64,000 nt of DNA. Source: the human T2T-CHM13v2.0 reference genome, Homo sapiens. Below the pieces are notes generated by a model that was given only the letters and a program-made list of their open reading frames with translations, did not search any database and had not been told where the DNA came from. Positions 25,501-36,350 of this stretch are shown one piece after another. Numbering within the stretch: the first letter of the stretch is position 1; each line of letters begins with the position of its first letter. Position numbers and translations under genes: made by a program. The stretch is from assembly GCF_009914755.1 (NCBI RefSeq), contig NC_060925.1, one strand, 5' to 3'.

Positions 25501-26655
25501 GGGTAGTGGAGACAGGGGCAGGGACGGGGGGAAACGGTCCTGTGGCAAAGTGGTCCTGAAACAGTTCCCCGCAAACCTCTGCTGTGGAGAACTGGAAAAA
25601 CCCAGCCATGAGGGGAACAGGCTCCCTTGTACCCCAGGGACCAAGATGAAACAAAACCCAAAACCCAGTCTCAGGAACGGCCCCTAGGGCTCGGGCCCTG
25701 CCACTTCTGCCTTTGTGGGTGGTTTGGTGGTTTTAGAACAGAGGAGGCAACAGGAGAGTGAGGCCTCGGTCAGGGGCTTGGGAGCCAGGGACGGACAGTC
25801 AGGGCTCCTTCCCCAGCCCAGGGGGCCAGGGTGGGGTGCAGAAGGGAGGTGTCTGGAGTGGGGGTGCGTGGGTGGGGTGGCCTGCCCACCTGTGGAGTGC
25901 CAGGATGGGCCCATGACTCAGACTACCAGAGTATCCAGGAGCCCTTGGGGAGCCAGCCCTCCTCCTTCTACCTGCACCTATTATTTTGTGTTGAAATCCT
26001 AGGAAAAGTATCATTTTATTTTCTTGCAAAAAAAAAAAAAAAAAAAAAAAAGGAAAAGATTAGTTTTTCTGGGCCTGCCTGCTGGGGCCTGGGTGGGGGT
26101 CACCTGCCTGTGTTTGTGCCCCTCTGCCTGGGGACACTGGCCTTTCTGCTGGCAGAGAGGGGTGGCTACGAGCTGGGCAGGGGGGTGAAGTGGCAATAAA
26201 CAGGAACCTTGATCGCATCTGTACACAGGAGTGCTTCCTTTTACATTTAATTCTATATTGTTTGAAGTTTCCTTTTCCTTTCTCCCTCAGTGTACCCCTT
26301 TCCCTCTGCCAGCCTCTGGGGTGGGTGGCTGCCAACCACAGCGGGGAGGGTCAGGAGGCTTCACCATCAGCCTTTCCCCAAAACCATAAACTATTCACAG
26401 CCTCAGACTCCTCGTGGGTTGTTGTTTTTTTTTTAAATGTATGTATGTGATTTGTTTTGTTTCTTTTTAAGCAACAAAAGGTGTAGAAAAAGGCACAGGT
26501 AACTGCATACATGGGAAGGTACAACAGATGGGGCCGTGAGAGCTCCTGGATGGAGGGACAGATGGGGCTGAGGAAGTGGGATGATTCGAGGAAAGTGGCT
26601 GGAAACGTCTGTTGCTGGACACTGGAAGCCAGATGCTGAAGCAGTTGGAGAGAGG
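22570..26655 (-). other. HIVEP3: HIVEP3 long 3' UTR (~4.1 kb)
   Basis: Follows the stop codon at 26658-56; AU-rich distal block (22570-23230) ending at an AATAAA; 3' end approximate. Confidence 0.75.
22588..22593 (-). terminator. HIVEP3: Distal polyadenylation signal AATAAA of HIVEP3
   Basis: TTTATT on + strand at the end of the AU-rich UTR block, where composition switches back to intergenic. Confidence 0.75.
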
Positions 26656-27471
26656 CTAAGCGTTGGGGGGAACCCTGTCCTCAGGCTGATGTGGATGTGC
26701 CCTGGGCTCCCCACTTCCTGAGGGCTTGGGGGAGTCCTGCCTGGTCCTGGGTTCCCCGGAGAGGTTCCTCGTCCGGGCTGGGAAGCGGGCAGAGGCCTCT
26801 GCCAGGCAGCCCACAGAGCTGCTGCGGTCCAGCGGCGGGGTGGCAGAAGGCTCGGGGTTGGCCGGTGCACGCGGGGACTCCAAGCGGGGGCTCCAGGACT
26901 GCGCTGCCCGGCGTCCCTGGGGCGGCCGGGGCAAGGTGTCGGGTGGGGTGCAGGGGCTGTGCGTGGGTGTGGGCTCTGCAGGTGCCCCGGTCCCATGGGG
27001 TGTCCAGTCAGGAGGCCTGCCCGGGCCTCCGCCGGTCCTCTCCCTCTCCTTGGGGTAGTCCCCGCCCTCCAGCTCTGAGGAGAGTGTGAATTTGGAGACC
27101 TTAGCCACAGGCGACACGGAGGCTGACGAGCTCTCAGTGGGACTCCAGCGGCCTCGCTCCTGGGCCTCCCGGGCCCCTGTCAGGTCGCTGCCACCCCCGG
27201 AGAAGCCACTGACCCAGGCTGCGGTGGGCCCTGGCAGCAGGGTGGGGTGGGCTCCTGGCCGGGCCTGCACCATCTGGATCCCACCGATGGGAATCAAGGG
27301 ACATGGGGCACGGGTCAAGTGCTGGGAGTGCAGAGGCAGGTGGCTGAAGATGTTCTCCTCTGTCCGGGCCAGGATGTGGCCGTGGAAGTCATGGAGGGCG
27401 GAGAAGGGTCGGGAGGAGAGAGGATGAGCAGGGCCGGGTGAGCAGGAGGGACTTCGGGACTCGGCCTTCTG
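26656..27471 (-). CDS. HIVEP3: Transcription factor HIVEP3 (Schnurri-3), last coding exon
   Basis: Pyrimidine tract + CAG acceptor (27474-72), phase 0; 816 nt: [13 protein letters not shown]...[31 protein letters not shown]...[11 protein letters not shown]. The [18 protein letters not shown] motif is characteristic of HIVEP proteins. Confidence 0.96.
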   Translation of the reverse strand, partial: QKAESRSPSCSPGPAHPLSSRPFSALHDFHGHILARTEENIFSHLPLHSQHLTRAPCPLIPIGGIQMVQARPGAHPTLLPGPTAAWVSGFSGGGSDLTGAREAQERGRWSPTESSSASVSPVAKVSKFTLSSELEGGDYPKERERTGGGPGRPPDWTPHGTGAPAEPTPTHSPCTPPDTLPRPPQGRRAAQSWSPRLESPRAPANPEPSATPPLDRSSSVGCLAEASARFPARTRNLSGEPRTRQDSPKPSGSGEPRAHPHQPEDRVPPNA

Positions 27472-28354
27472 CTGGGGTCAGAAAACAAGACAAGGTAAGG
27501 TGAAGGTTACATGCTGGGCACATGGGGAGCCGAGGCCTGGAAGTGGGAGGGGGACTCGCCCAAGATCACAGAGCGAGTCCAGGGTCCCGGCTGAGCTGAG
27601 CCCAGAACCAAGTTCCTGACTCCCTGCCCACAGATGCTGAGCCAGCTGCCATCTCTGGAATGGGCCATCTCCAGCTCGACAGTGACCATGAGTATGCTCA
27701 GGCCCCATGGTCTCCATGCCTCTAGCCAGCATATCTGTCTTCAAAGGAGGGGATACTTGAGCGACGTGGGGCCCTGTTGTCACCCATGAGCCTGGCCTCT
27801 ATGTGGGTCTGCTGCCTGTCCTGTTCCTAAAATGGTCTTCACCCAGCTTCACTCTTGGACATGAGTTCCCACCTGAGGCTCTTTGCCCTTCTGCTACCTC
27901 CAGGAATTTGAATGTGAACCCAAAATTAAAAATCAAGGAAAGATTCCTAGATCAGTGTTCCTCCAGGAGTGACAGGGCTGGGTCATGGCAACACGGGGAC
28001 AGAGAAGGTGTCGGAAGGGGGTCAGCTGACAATGATGGTGCTATCAGTGGAGGGGTCATGGCAGCTGAGGGGACAGGGATGGTGACTGTGCTCATGGGGT
28101 GGCAGCAGTGGTGTGTTGGTGCAATGGTGACAGTGGTGGTGCTGGCCATGGGGATAGTGCTGATGGTTGACAAGGATGATATTGGTTGTGGTGTCTCTGA
28201 GAGCACTGGTGACAGTGATATTGGAGATGGTGATGGTTTTGGTTAAGTTGTGCCATCTGCTCAAAGAACACAGGCAGATGGGGATGGGGTGGGGGATGGG
28301 GAATTGCACGAGTATTTACAACCTCATCCAAGGCCACACCCCTTGCAAGTGATA

Positions 28355-28758
28355 TGATATCGTTTGGATATTTGTCCCCGCCCAAATCTCGTGTTGAATT
28401 GTAAACCCCAGTGTTAGAGGTGGGCCTGGTGGGAGGTGTTTGGGTCATGGGGACGGATCCCTCAGGGCCTGATACTGTCCTCCAAATAGTGATTTCTCAT
28501 GAGATCTGGCATTTTGAGCGTGTGGCACCTTTCCCCCAACTCTCTCTCTTGCTTCCACTCTGCCATGTGAGATGCCTGTTCCCGCTTTGCCTTCTGCCAT
28601 GAGTAAAAGCTGCTTGAGGCCTCCCCAGAAGCCGAGCAGATGCTGGCACCACGCTTCCTGTACAGCCTGAAGAACTGTGAGCCTATTCAACCTCTTTTCA
28701 TTATAAATTACCCAGTCTCAGGAATTTGTTTATAGCAATACAAGAACGGACTAATACG
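28355..28758 (+). mobile_element. MaLR solo LTR (MSTB-like)
   Basis: Starts TGATATCGTTTGGAT...CCCAAATCTC; ends ATAAATTACCCAGTCTCAGG...TTTATAGCA...GGACTAATAC; flanked by near-identical 5-mers TGATA/TGGTA (candidate target-site duplication). Confidence 0.92.
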
Positions 28759-29020
28759 TGGTAGAACCCATTTCCCATGAACTCCAGAGTCCATGCTCTG
28801 TGCTTCTGAGGCTAAAATAAAGTTTAATAAGCCAGCTGATTTAGGGCAGCCAGCATGGTGCATGGCACAGTAGGTGCCTAATAAATGTTTGCTAAATTAT
28901 TAATAACTACTGAGCTGGCAGAGCTGTTTAGTTCCAGGTGTGATACCCAGGAGGGTGTGAACTTGCAACCCCTGCACCCACAGGGGAGAAGCGGCCCAGC
29001 CACCAGGGGCAGGAACTCAC

Positions 29021-29955
29021 CCACGGGGAGGCGCAGGTCTCTGGGCTTCTGCTGAGGAGCTTGTGAGGTAGAGGCGCGGGCGGGAAGAGAACCCGTGGGG
29101 CCAGCCCCAAGCCTGGGCCATGCTCCCCCGCTGAGGGGCTGCCCGGCCCAGCCAAGGCCCACTTCCCTGGCGGCGCTGACCGTGGTGGTGACTCGGCCTG
29201 ACCTGGAGACCATCTCCTGGTGGGCGAGTATCTGGGGAGGCCTGGGTCGGTGGTACCCTCGAGTTTGGAGAGCACATGTGCTCGAGGGGCCAGTTCTCTT
29301 CCCAGGGGGCAGAGGGTGAGAGGAGACAGCTGAAGTCTTGGAGACCCACAAGGGAGAGGGCCCATGCCCCTTCCTGGGTCCACGTGCAGGCCAGGTGGGC
29401 TTGGGGCTGAGGCCTGTGGTTCTCGGGCCGGGGAGCATCGCTGGGGAGATGAGTCGTTTTTGGTTAGCGAGTGTTTGCGGGCTAGTGGTGGACGGCTGCC
29501 TGCTTCTTTGCTTGGGGACCACGGTCTTCTTGGGGACACAGGCTTGTAGCTCAAGGCTGAGCCTGTGTCTTTCTCCACAGAGCCCAGAGGGGCCGGTCCC
29601 AGCCAGGGGAGGCCCGGCATGCTCTGGCTGGACATGGAGCAGCTGCTGGCTGTCAGGCGCTCAGCTTCCGAGACCGAGCTGCCTCGTGTGGCCTCCGTGC
29701 CAGAGGCGGGGGCATCTGGGGGCTGAGGGCCCAGGATGGGTGAGGAGTCTGCCCGCAGTGCATGTGGTGGGCCAGGCGGGGGCGCCTCTGAGGATGGTCT
29801 GGACAGCTCATCCTGGCTCTCCTCCTCATCCTCATCCTCGTCTTCGTCCAGGTCTGAGTCTGAGTCCGAGTCCTCCAGGTCCGAAAACTGGTGCTCCTCC
29901 ACAGCCTCTGAACCCTCTCGTCCTTCCGAGTCCTGGAACAGGTCGTCACTGGTTC
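29021..29955 (-). CDS. HIVEP3: HIVEP3 penultimate exon (acidic and Ser/Pro-rich region)
   Basis: Acceptor TTTGCCCTCAG|GA, donor TGG|GTGAGT; 935 nt, phase 1 to 0; [12 protein letters not shown]...[25 protein letters not shown]...ETCASPW. Confidence 0.96.
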
Positions 29956-30184
29956 CTGAGGGCAAACACAGAAGACCCAAGGTCACAGTTGGGCCTTGGC
30001 CCCACTGCCCACACGGCTGCTCCTCTCTGAGCCCCAGTTTCCTTGCCTGCTGACTGGGCAAAATAGCCATCGCAAGGGCACAAGATTGTTGGGACAACCA
30101 AGAAACGTAACAGATATGGGAGCGCTTTGTAAATAATAATGAACAATAATTCCCTTATGCCTAGAATGTGCAATGTTCAGTTCT

Positions 30185-30340
30185 GAGAGCTTTAGGTATA
30201 TTTATTCATTTAGACCTCAGAGAATCCTGTGAAGCTGGTACTGTTCTCATCCTCATGTTACAGATGAGGAAACTGAGGTAAGAGAAAGTAAGTAACTTGC
30301 CCATGGAAGACAGCAGTAGGGCTGGGATTGAGCCATAGCA
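30185..30340 (-). mobile_element. MIR SINE
   Basis: TTACAGATGAGGAAACTGAGG...AAGTAACTTGCCCA. Confidence 0.75.
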
Positions 30341-30352
30341 AAGAAGACAGTC

Positions 30353-30383
30353 TTTGTTTGTTTGTTTGTTTGTTTGTTTGTTT
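30353..30383. repeat. (TTTG)n microsatellite
   Basis: Seven to eight tandem TTTG units. Confidence 0.9.
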
Positions 30384-30814
30384 CACTAGCATCTCAGTGC
30401 TGGCTTCACCATGGGCAACTTACCACCTTGCTCTGCTTGGTCTCCCCCTTTGTCGAATGAATGTGATGGTCTCACCTCACCAGGTTTTCTAGGAGGACTA
30501 AAATGAAGGCCTGGCACATATTGAGGGCTTAAAAATAATTATAGCTACCATATTAATACATTAATGATGAAATCTGTTATTCCAGGACAGGGCAGTCACA
30601 CTGGCTGGTCCAGCAGCACAGAGCCATCCGTGGTCAGTGTACACACACATCTGCCACGGTGACCAGGCTCCCGGTGGCTGGCACAATGGCATCTGGCAGG
30701 TGGCGGACTCTGGCCTCTGTGGGCGGCTTGACTAAGCTGGCCTCAGGCTGCAGAGCAGGTCCCCATCCCAGCCACGCTCTTATCTGAGGAGCCACTGCCC
30801 TTTTGAAGTCCAGG

Positions 30815-31602
30815 CTGCCTCTAGCCTCGGGGCCCTCCCATTGCCTGCCAGCCCCAGCTCCACCCCATAGTTTTCGACCTACATGTGGCTGAATGCCCAC
30901 TTTTGTCCACTTTGGACATCTGACTGCTGCATGTTGAGTGACTTGGAAGCAATTGTTCACAAGAGTAAACAAAAAACAAAATTGTGATACTTGTTTCAGA
31001 TATTGTTGGACATTTAGGTCACTTGCACTCCTTAAACAGACTATAAGAATAATGACAGAGTTATTGAATAGAGTCTAAAAGTGGGGGTTAGGGCTCTGGA
31101 ATACTAGCCTCCTGGTCTGATTCCTCTGGGATGACCCCAACCAGTCGGGTCACCTCTAACATGTCAGGAGTCTAGTTTGGGCATCTCTGAAATGGACAGC
31201 AATCCGGACGCTGGGGAGAGCTCCGCTAACATCTGGCCTGTTCGCTGGCCCATCACTAGACCATTGGAACCTGTTTCTGGTCTGCAGAGTGAGGTTGCTG
31301 ACAGGTGGGTTGAGCTGGCCAGCCAGCCCCATCGCTCACACATATCAGTACTGCACCCACCTGACCAGGAGGGCTGGCACAGAAACTGACTCAGGCCGCT
31401 GGGGCAGCTAGGCTTTGGCTCTCAACCATGCCCAGCTGCCCCGGGGCCAGAAAGCCCGGAACTAGCACTTCCAAGTCACTCAATATGCAGCAGTCAGATG
31501 TCCAAAGTGGACAAAAGTGGGCATTCAGCCGGATGTAGGTCAAAAGCTATGGGGTGGAGCTGGGGCTGGCAGGCAAAAGGAGGCCCCTGAGGCTAGAGGC
31601 AG
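30815..31602. repeat. Inverted repeat: arms 30815-30949 and 31468-31602, ~518-bp spacer
   Basis: Manual alignment: 135-bp arms, ungapped, 9 mismatches (~93% identity). Confidence 0.93.
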
Positions 31603-31889
31603 GGTGATGAGACCAGAGGAGGAATGAAGGATTAGGATGAGAGCAGGGCTGGGGATGGGGGTGAACTTTGTAGTTATGCCCCAGGCATTTACCTCCCTTG
31701 CCTAGGACTTTGGGAGGGGCCTAATTCAACACCTGTTCACCTGGCCCTGCCCCTCATTTACATACAGCAAAATCCAGGCACAGATGACCCAGTGAGAGCT
31801 GGTGGCTGAGTCAGAACTAAGGTTTACAGCCCTTGCATTATTACGCTGACAGTTTAAAAATGATGTGCTGCACTAAGAAGCAGGGAATG

Positions 31890-32062
31890 GTCGGGTTTGA
31901 ATCTCAGCACTACCACTTCCTTGCTGTGTGACGTTGGATACTTTACTTTCTGTGTGTCTGGTTTCCTCATCTGTAAACTGGGTAGCAATAAAAGCACTCT
32001 AGGAAGCTGTTCAGAGGACTGTGAGGGTCTGGCACACAGTAAGTACCCAATAAACTTCAGCT
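31890..32062 (+). mobile_element. MIR SINE
   Basis: GGGTTTGAATCTCAGCACTACCACTTCCTTGCTGTGTGAC...GTTTCCTCATCTGTAAA...CTGGCACACAGTAAG. Confidence 0.75.
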
Positions 32063-32319
32063 CCTGTCATCCCATGATACCCTGTCCCCCCAGTCTCAGC
32101 AGGCAGGTAGCTGGGGTGGGATTGTCAGCATTTTGCAGATGAAGGTCACAGGGGTAGTGTTAGGAGTGAAGGAGAGTCAGGACCAGCGTCTCCTGATGTC
32201 CAGCAGGGAGGGCTCCTAAAGATCCTCTTTACTAATGTGGAAGTTGAGACCCAGTGGGGGTAATGGCCCGTCCTGGGCACTCAGTGCATGAATGCTGGAA
32301 GCCAAGAGTCCCCTGCCCA

Positions 32320-32990
32320 GCTCGGGGCTGGCCGGGGCCTCCACATCTGCGTTCCTGCAGGGCGCTGAGGGAATGCCTCTGGCTGGGCGGCCCCTTCCCA
32401 GGGCCCTTGCAGGAGCGGCCCCGCCCCTGCTGGGATCCAGGCCAACGCTCCACAAATGAGAGAGCTTGAGCGCGCGGCGGGCGCCGCTGGGAGAGGCCAC
32501 ACGGTGGCGCTAGCGCCCAGCCTGGCCAGCACCATGGGCAGGGCCGGGGCGCCTGGCTCCTTCCAGGCAGTTCTCCCACGCGCCACCTCGCGTCCCACAG
32601 ACACGAACTCCTGCCGCTCCCCCCGGCATCTGTCTCGTCGCGGGAAGTGGAAACTCCATCCTTCAGTCTCTTGGGCCGTAATCCTTGGAGTCCTCCATGG
32701 CTCCTTTTCGTTCTTCCCCCTCTCTTCTGCCCCATATGGGGTCATCTGAGCCTGTGGGCTCTCCCTCCGGAACCTCCCCAGAATCCCGCCGCTTTTCCAC
32801 CTCCTGAGCACACCCGTGCTCCCCGCGCCCACGGCACAGGCCAGAGGACGCCCTGCCTCTCTCCTCCGCTCCAGGGCACCCCCCCATGCCCTTCAGCCCT
32901 CAGGCTCTAGCTCTCTCTGAACCGGCTGCCCCCGCGTCCAGCGGGCTCCAGCACGCGGGCCAAGCGCCGTGGCCCCCGGGGACCCCACAC
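32320..32990. promoter_or_regulatory. Intronic CpG-rich element with CTCF-like motifs
   Basis: Elevated CpG; GGCCACACGGTGGCGCTA (+, 32495-512) and minus-strand ACGCGAGGTGGCGC (32593-580). Confidence 0.55.
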
Positions 32991-34634
32991 CTGCTGCTCC
33001 CTCTGCAGGAGAGCTCCTCCCTGACCCCACGTGGCTCCTGACCCCGGTTCCTCCGGGTGGGTTCTCTGCTCACACCGCCCTGTCTAGCACAGCGGCCCTC
33101 CCCACGGGCCCCAGCCCTCACTTGGCTCTTCTGCTTTCTCTTTGGCTTCACAGGCAGGGCCCCTGCTCTACTCCACCATCGTTCCTTGCCCAGCTCCCCT
33201 GCCATGCCGACTGCCTGAGGGCAGGAGCTGTTTTATTTATTGCGGAACCCCCAGCACCCAGAACAGAGCCAGGCACAGAGACTGTGCCCAGTAATTACTT
33301 CTGGAATGAATGCATGGATTTCGTCCTCCGAAAAGTGGCTCTGAGCATCCTCGTTTGCTCCACTGGGAAAATGAGGCTGGGGCAGGGCAGGGACCTCAGG
33401 GGAGGGCTCTGGCTTAGGTTCAGGCTCCCCTGGTCCAGCCCACCAGGCAGTGGACTGGCATGCAGCCAGGGTTTTTGTGTGACCTTGGGCTATTTTTACC
33501 TGTCTGAGCTTTGACTTCCCTGACTTAACATGAGTGACACAAGTTTCTGCCACCTGTTTTGAGGACTCAATGAGACAACATGTGCATATGGCCCAGTGTA
33601 TCCTTGACAAGCATAGTGAACCCCATTCTAGCTTTGGGGGGGAACAGCCCCAAGTTCACTGTGTTCTCCTCTATAAAAATGACTTATTCCACCTAAAAGG
33701 AAATATGACTTAACTCTTTTTTGTAAGACCACAAATACATCCCCAAATTGGAAAAACAAAAACAGAACAAGACACACAGTGCGTGCATACACACTCCTCT
33801 CTGTCACACTCTAAGTCCTGGGGCTGATTTCAGGGAATCAGTATGCTTCCTGCTTTGCTTGGTGCTGGCGAGATGGCTCCAGCCTCCTTCTGTTGGAGGG
33901 ACTGCCGTCCACCACCAAAGCCCCTCTGGCCACCTGCCTGACTGCTGAGGCTGGGCAGTGCTCAGCCAGACCCACTGGCTTCGACTCCTCTGCCCTGTCT
34001 TCTCAGAGACTGACTCTAAGATGCCTCCTGGGGATTGACCACCATGGCCGGGGTGTGTACGGGGATGGGGCTGGGAGGTGACAAGCGGCTGTCAGGTCTG
34101 GTTTGGGCTTTTTTGAAACTCTCCTAGCTCCAAAAGGCCCATGTGTCAGGCCCATGCCAGAGTGTGTAGGCAGGAGTGTGGGTGTGGAGCTTCGGAGAGT
34201 ATGTGTCCCACAGTGTCACTATGAGGGGTTGGCTGGGATAATTCAGGGCATGCATTTAGAACCCGCCTGACACATAGTGGGCACTCAATCAACGTTGGCT
34301 GTAAGTTCTCTTGTGTGCATTTATTCAGTAAACATTCACTGAGCACCCATGGGTGCCAGGCGCTCCACCTGCATGGCAGATGGTAATGCATGATAGCTAG
34401 GGCTGCAGAGCATATCCTATCAGCATGTGGGGAGGTGGCTCGATCATTCAGGGAATTTAACCTTTGTCTGATAATTGGGAGAACTGAAGGTGAAGCTATT
34501 GGAGGGAGAGAGGGGAGGAGGGGGAATGGGGCAAAGCAGACAGAAAGGAAGCAGGGAAGGCAAGCAGGAAAGGTGGAGGAGGATAGGGAAAGCGGACAAG
34601 GGGAAAGGGGACGGAGAAGGTTGGCAATTGTTAC

Positions 34635-34721
34635 CTTCTTCGGCTTCCAGCTCCTCCAGCACCCCTGTCTCTTGGCACTTTTTGCTGTGGGCCTTCGACT
34701 TCATGTGCTTAGTCAGATTCC
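34635..34721 (-). CDS. HIVEP3: HIVEP3 exon completing the last C2H2 zinc finger
   Basis: Acceptor TTTCTTTCTAG|GG, donor GAAG|GTAACA; 87 nt, phase 1 to 1; [30 protein letters not shown]. Confidence 0.97.
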
Positions 34722-35864
34722 CTAGAAAGAAACGAGAATACTTAGGCTCTGCTATGGGGCAGGAGGCCAGGGCGGACCCAGGGCTCATGGAGGTAGCACC
34801 TGGCCGGCAGGCCATGGTTTCTCAGGCCAGTCAAGGCCCTGCCAGCTGCAGGGCTGGGCAGGAGCTGGGGTATCCCTCTGCCCCGGTGCTCAGGCCCAGA
34901 AGTGTAGCCACAGCTGCTGTTCAGGGCAGTGCACAGCAGCTAGGTGGGGTGGGCGAGGGCTGTGAGGGGACAGACAGTATAATGAGGAAGTGAGATGCTG
35001 GTTAAAAAACAAACAAAAAAGAAATTAAAAGACAACTCAAGTGCAATAGGTTTTTTTTTTTTTTTTTGCTTCTGATTTAAGTCTGGCCCTAGTAGCTGGT
35101 GACACTCATCAGGCAGGACTATTGGCCATCTCAAGTGTGGGATGACGTGGGAGGCTCCCATTGACCGGCATGACGGGTGAGGACTGAGCATGCCCTTCTG
35201 GCTGAGGACACCTCTAGGGTAGCTCACAGGGCAGAATTCTAAAGTGTAGGTAGAGAAACCAGGGCAAATTTAATATTAGGCATGGCGAGAGGGCAGAAGG
35301 TGAGAGTAGGGAAGTCTACTAGCCAGGGACTCAGGAGCCACAAGGCTGGGGGCCCAAGCTTGGTTTCCATAGAGAAGTCCCATTTCTGGGCCTTCAGTTT
35401 CCCCAGGCCAATCTACAGTGCAGACACAGGACCAGGGTGGTTCAGGGAAGGCCTGGGCAAGGCCTCTGTCCTGCTCCATGCCTACAAAGCCCTCAGAGGG
35501 GAGGCTGACTTTGCCCCAAGTTGTAGGTCCAGCCCACAAGCTGAAGAGTGGAGGCAGCAGCTCTGTGGAATCAGGGAACAGTAGCAACAGCTTCAGTTCC
35601 CCAACAGGTGCACAACATTTCACAGGCCACACAGCTCTGTGGACAGGAGCGTTCTAGGAAGGACAGGCAGAGCATCCCAGCCTGCCCCAGAAGAACACAG
35701 GCCAGATGCCTCAGGATATTCCTTTGGGCCCAGCAGCTACTCCCAAACCGTGATGTGCTCACTGTTGCCCTGGGGATGGCTATATTTCCATATGGTCATT
35801 AACATCATAAGTCATAAGTTCCCTGAGTCAGGTGCTCTGTCCCATTAGTCTAATGAATTGGTAA

Positions 35865-36350
35865 GTTTGAATGGATGGATGGAGGAGAGAAGAATGGAAA
35901 GAGCTAAGCCTCCTGGAGTGGATGAATAGAGCGATTGGTGCGTGGATAGATAAAGTGGATAAAGGAAATATAAAGAGAATGAAGAACAGGAAGAGGATAG
36001 ACAGAAGGATGGAACGCTAGATGAGCAGATAAGGAGATGAATAGGCAGACGGAGGATAGGTGAGTAGATGAAAACAAATGGAAGGATAGATGGAGAATGG
36101 GTCAATAAACAGATGAGATGATGGAGAGCTGGATGGGAGGACAGAGACGTGGATGAATGGAAGAATGGAAGAATGGCTGGTTGGATGGATGAATGGATAC
36201 ATGCACTATTACATGCATGAGAGTACAGACAGAAGGATGAAAGAATGGGAAGTTGGATGGGTGGGAGGACAAATGGGAGAATGGTAGGAACAGATAGGAT
36301 GAGCAGATAAATGAACAGGAAAACAATTAGATGAGATGGATGGATAGGTG
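35865..36350. repeat. Degenerate (GGAT/GAAT)n purine-rich low-complexity tract
   Basis: Decayed GGATGGAT/GAATGG/AGATG units. Confidence 0.75.

Noticed and set aside
28928-30097. 389-aa ORF as an independent gene
   Set aside because: It is the HIVEP3 exon 29021-29955 plus intronic flanks.
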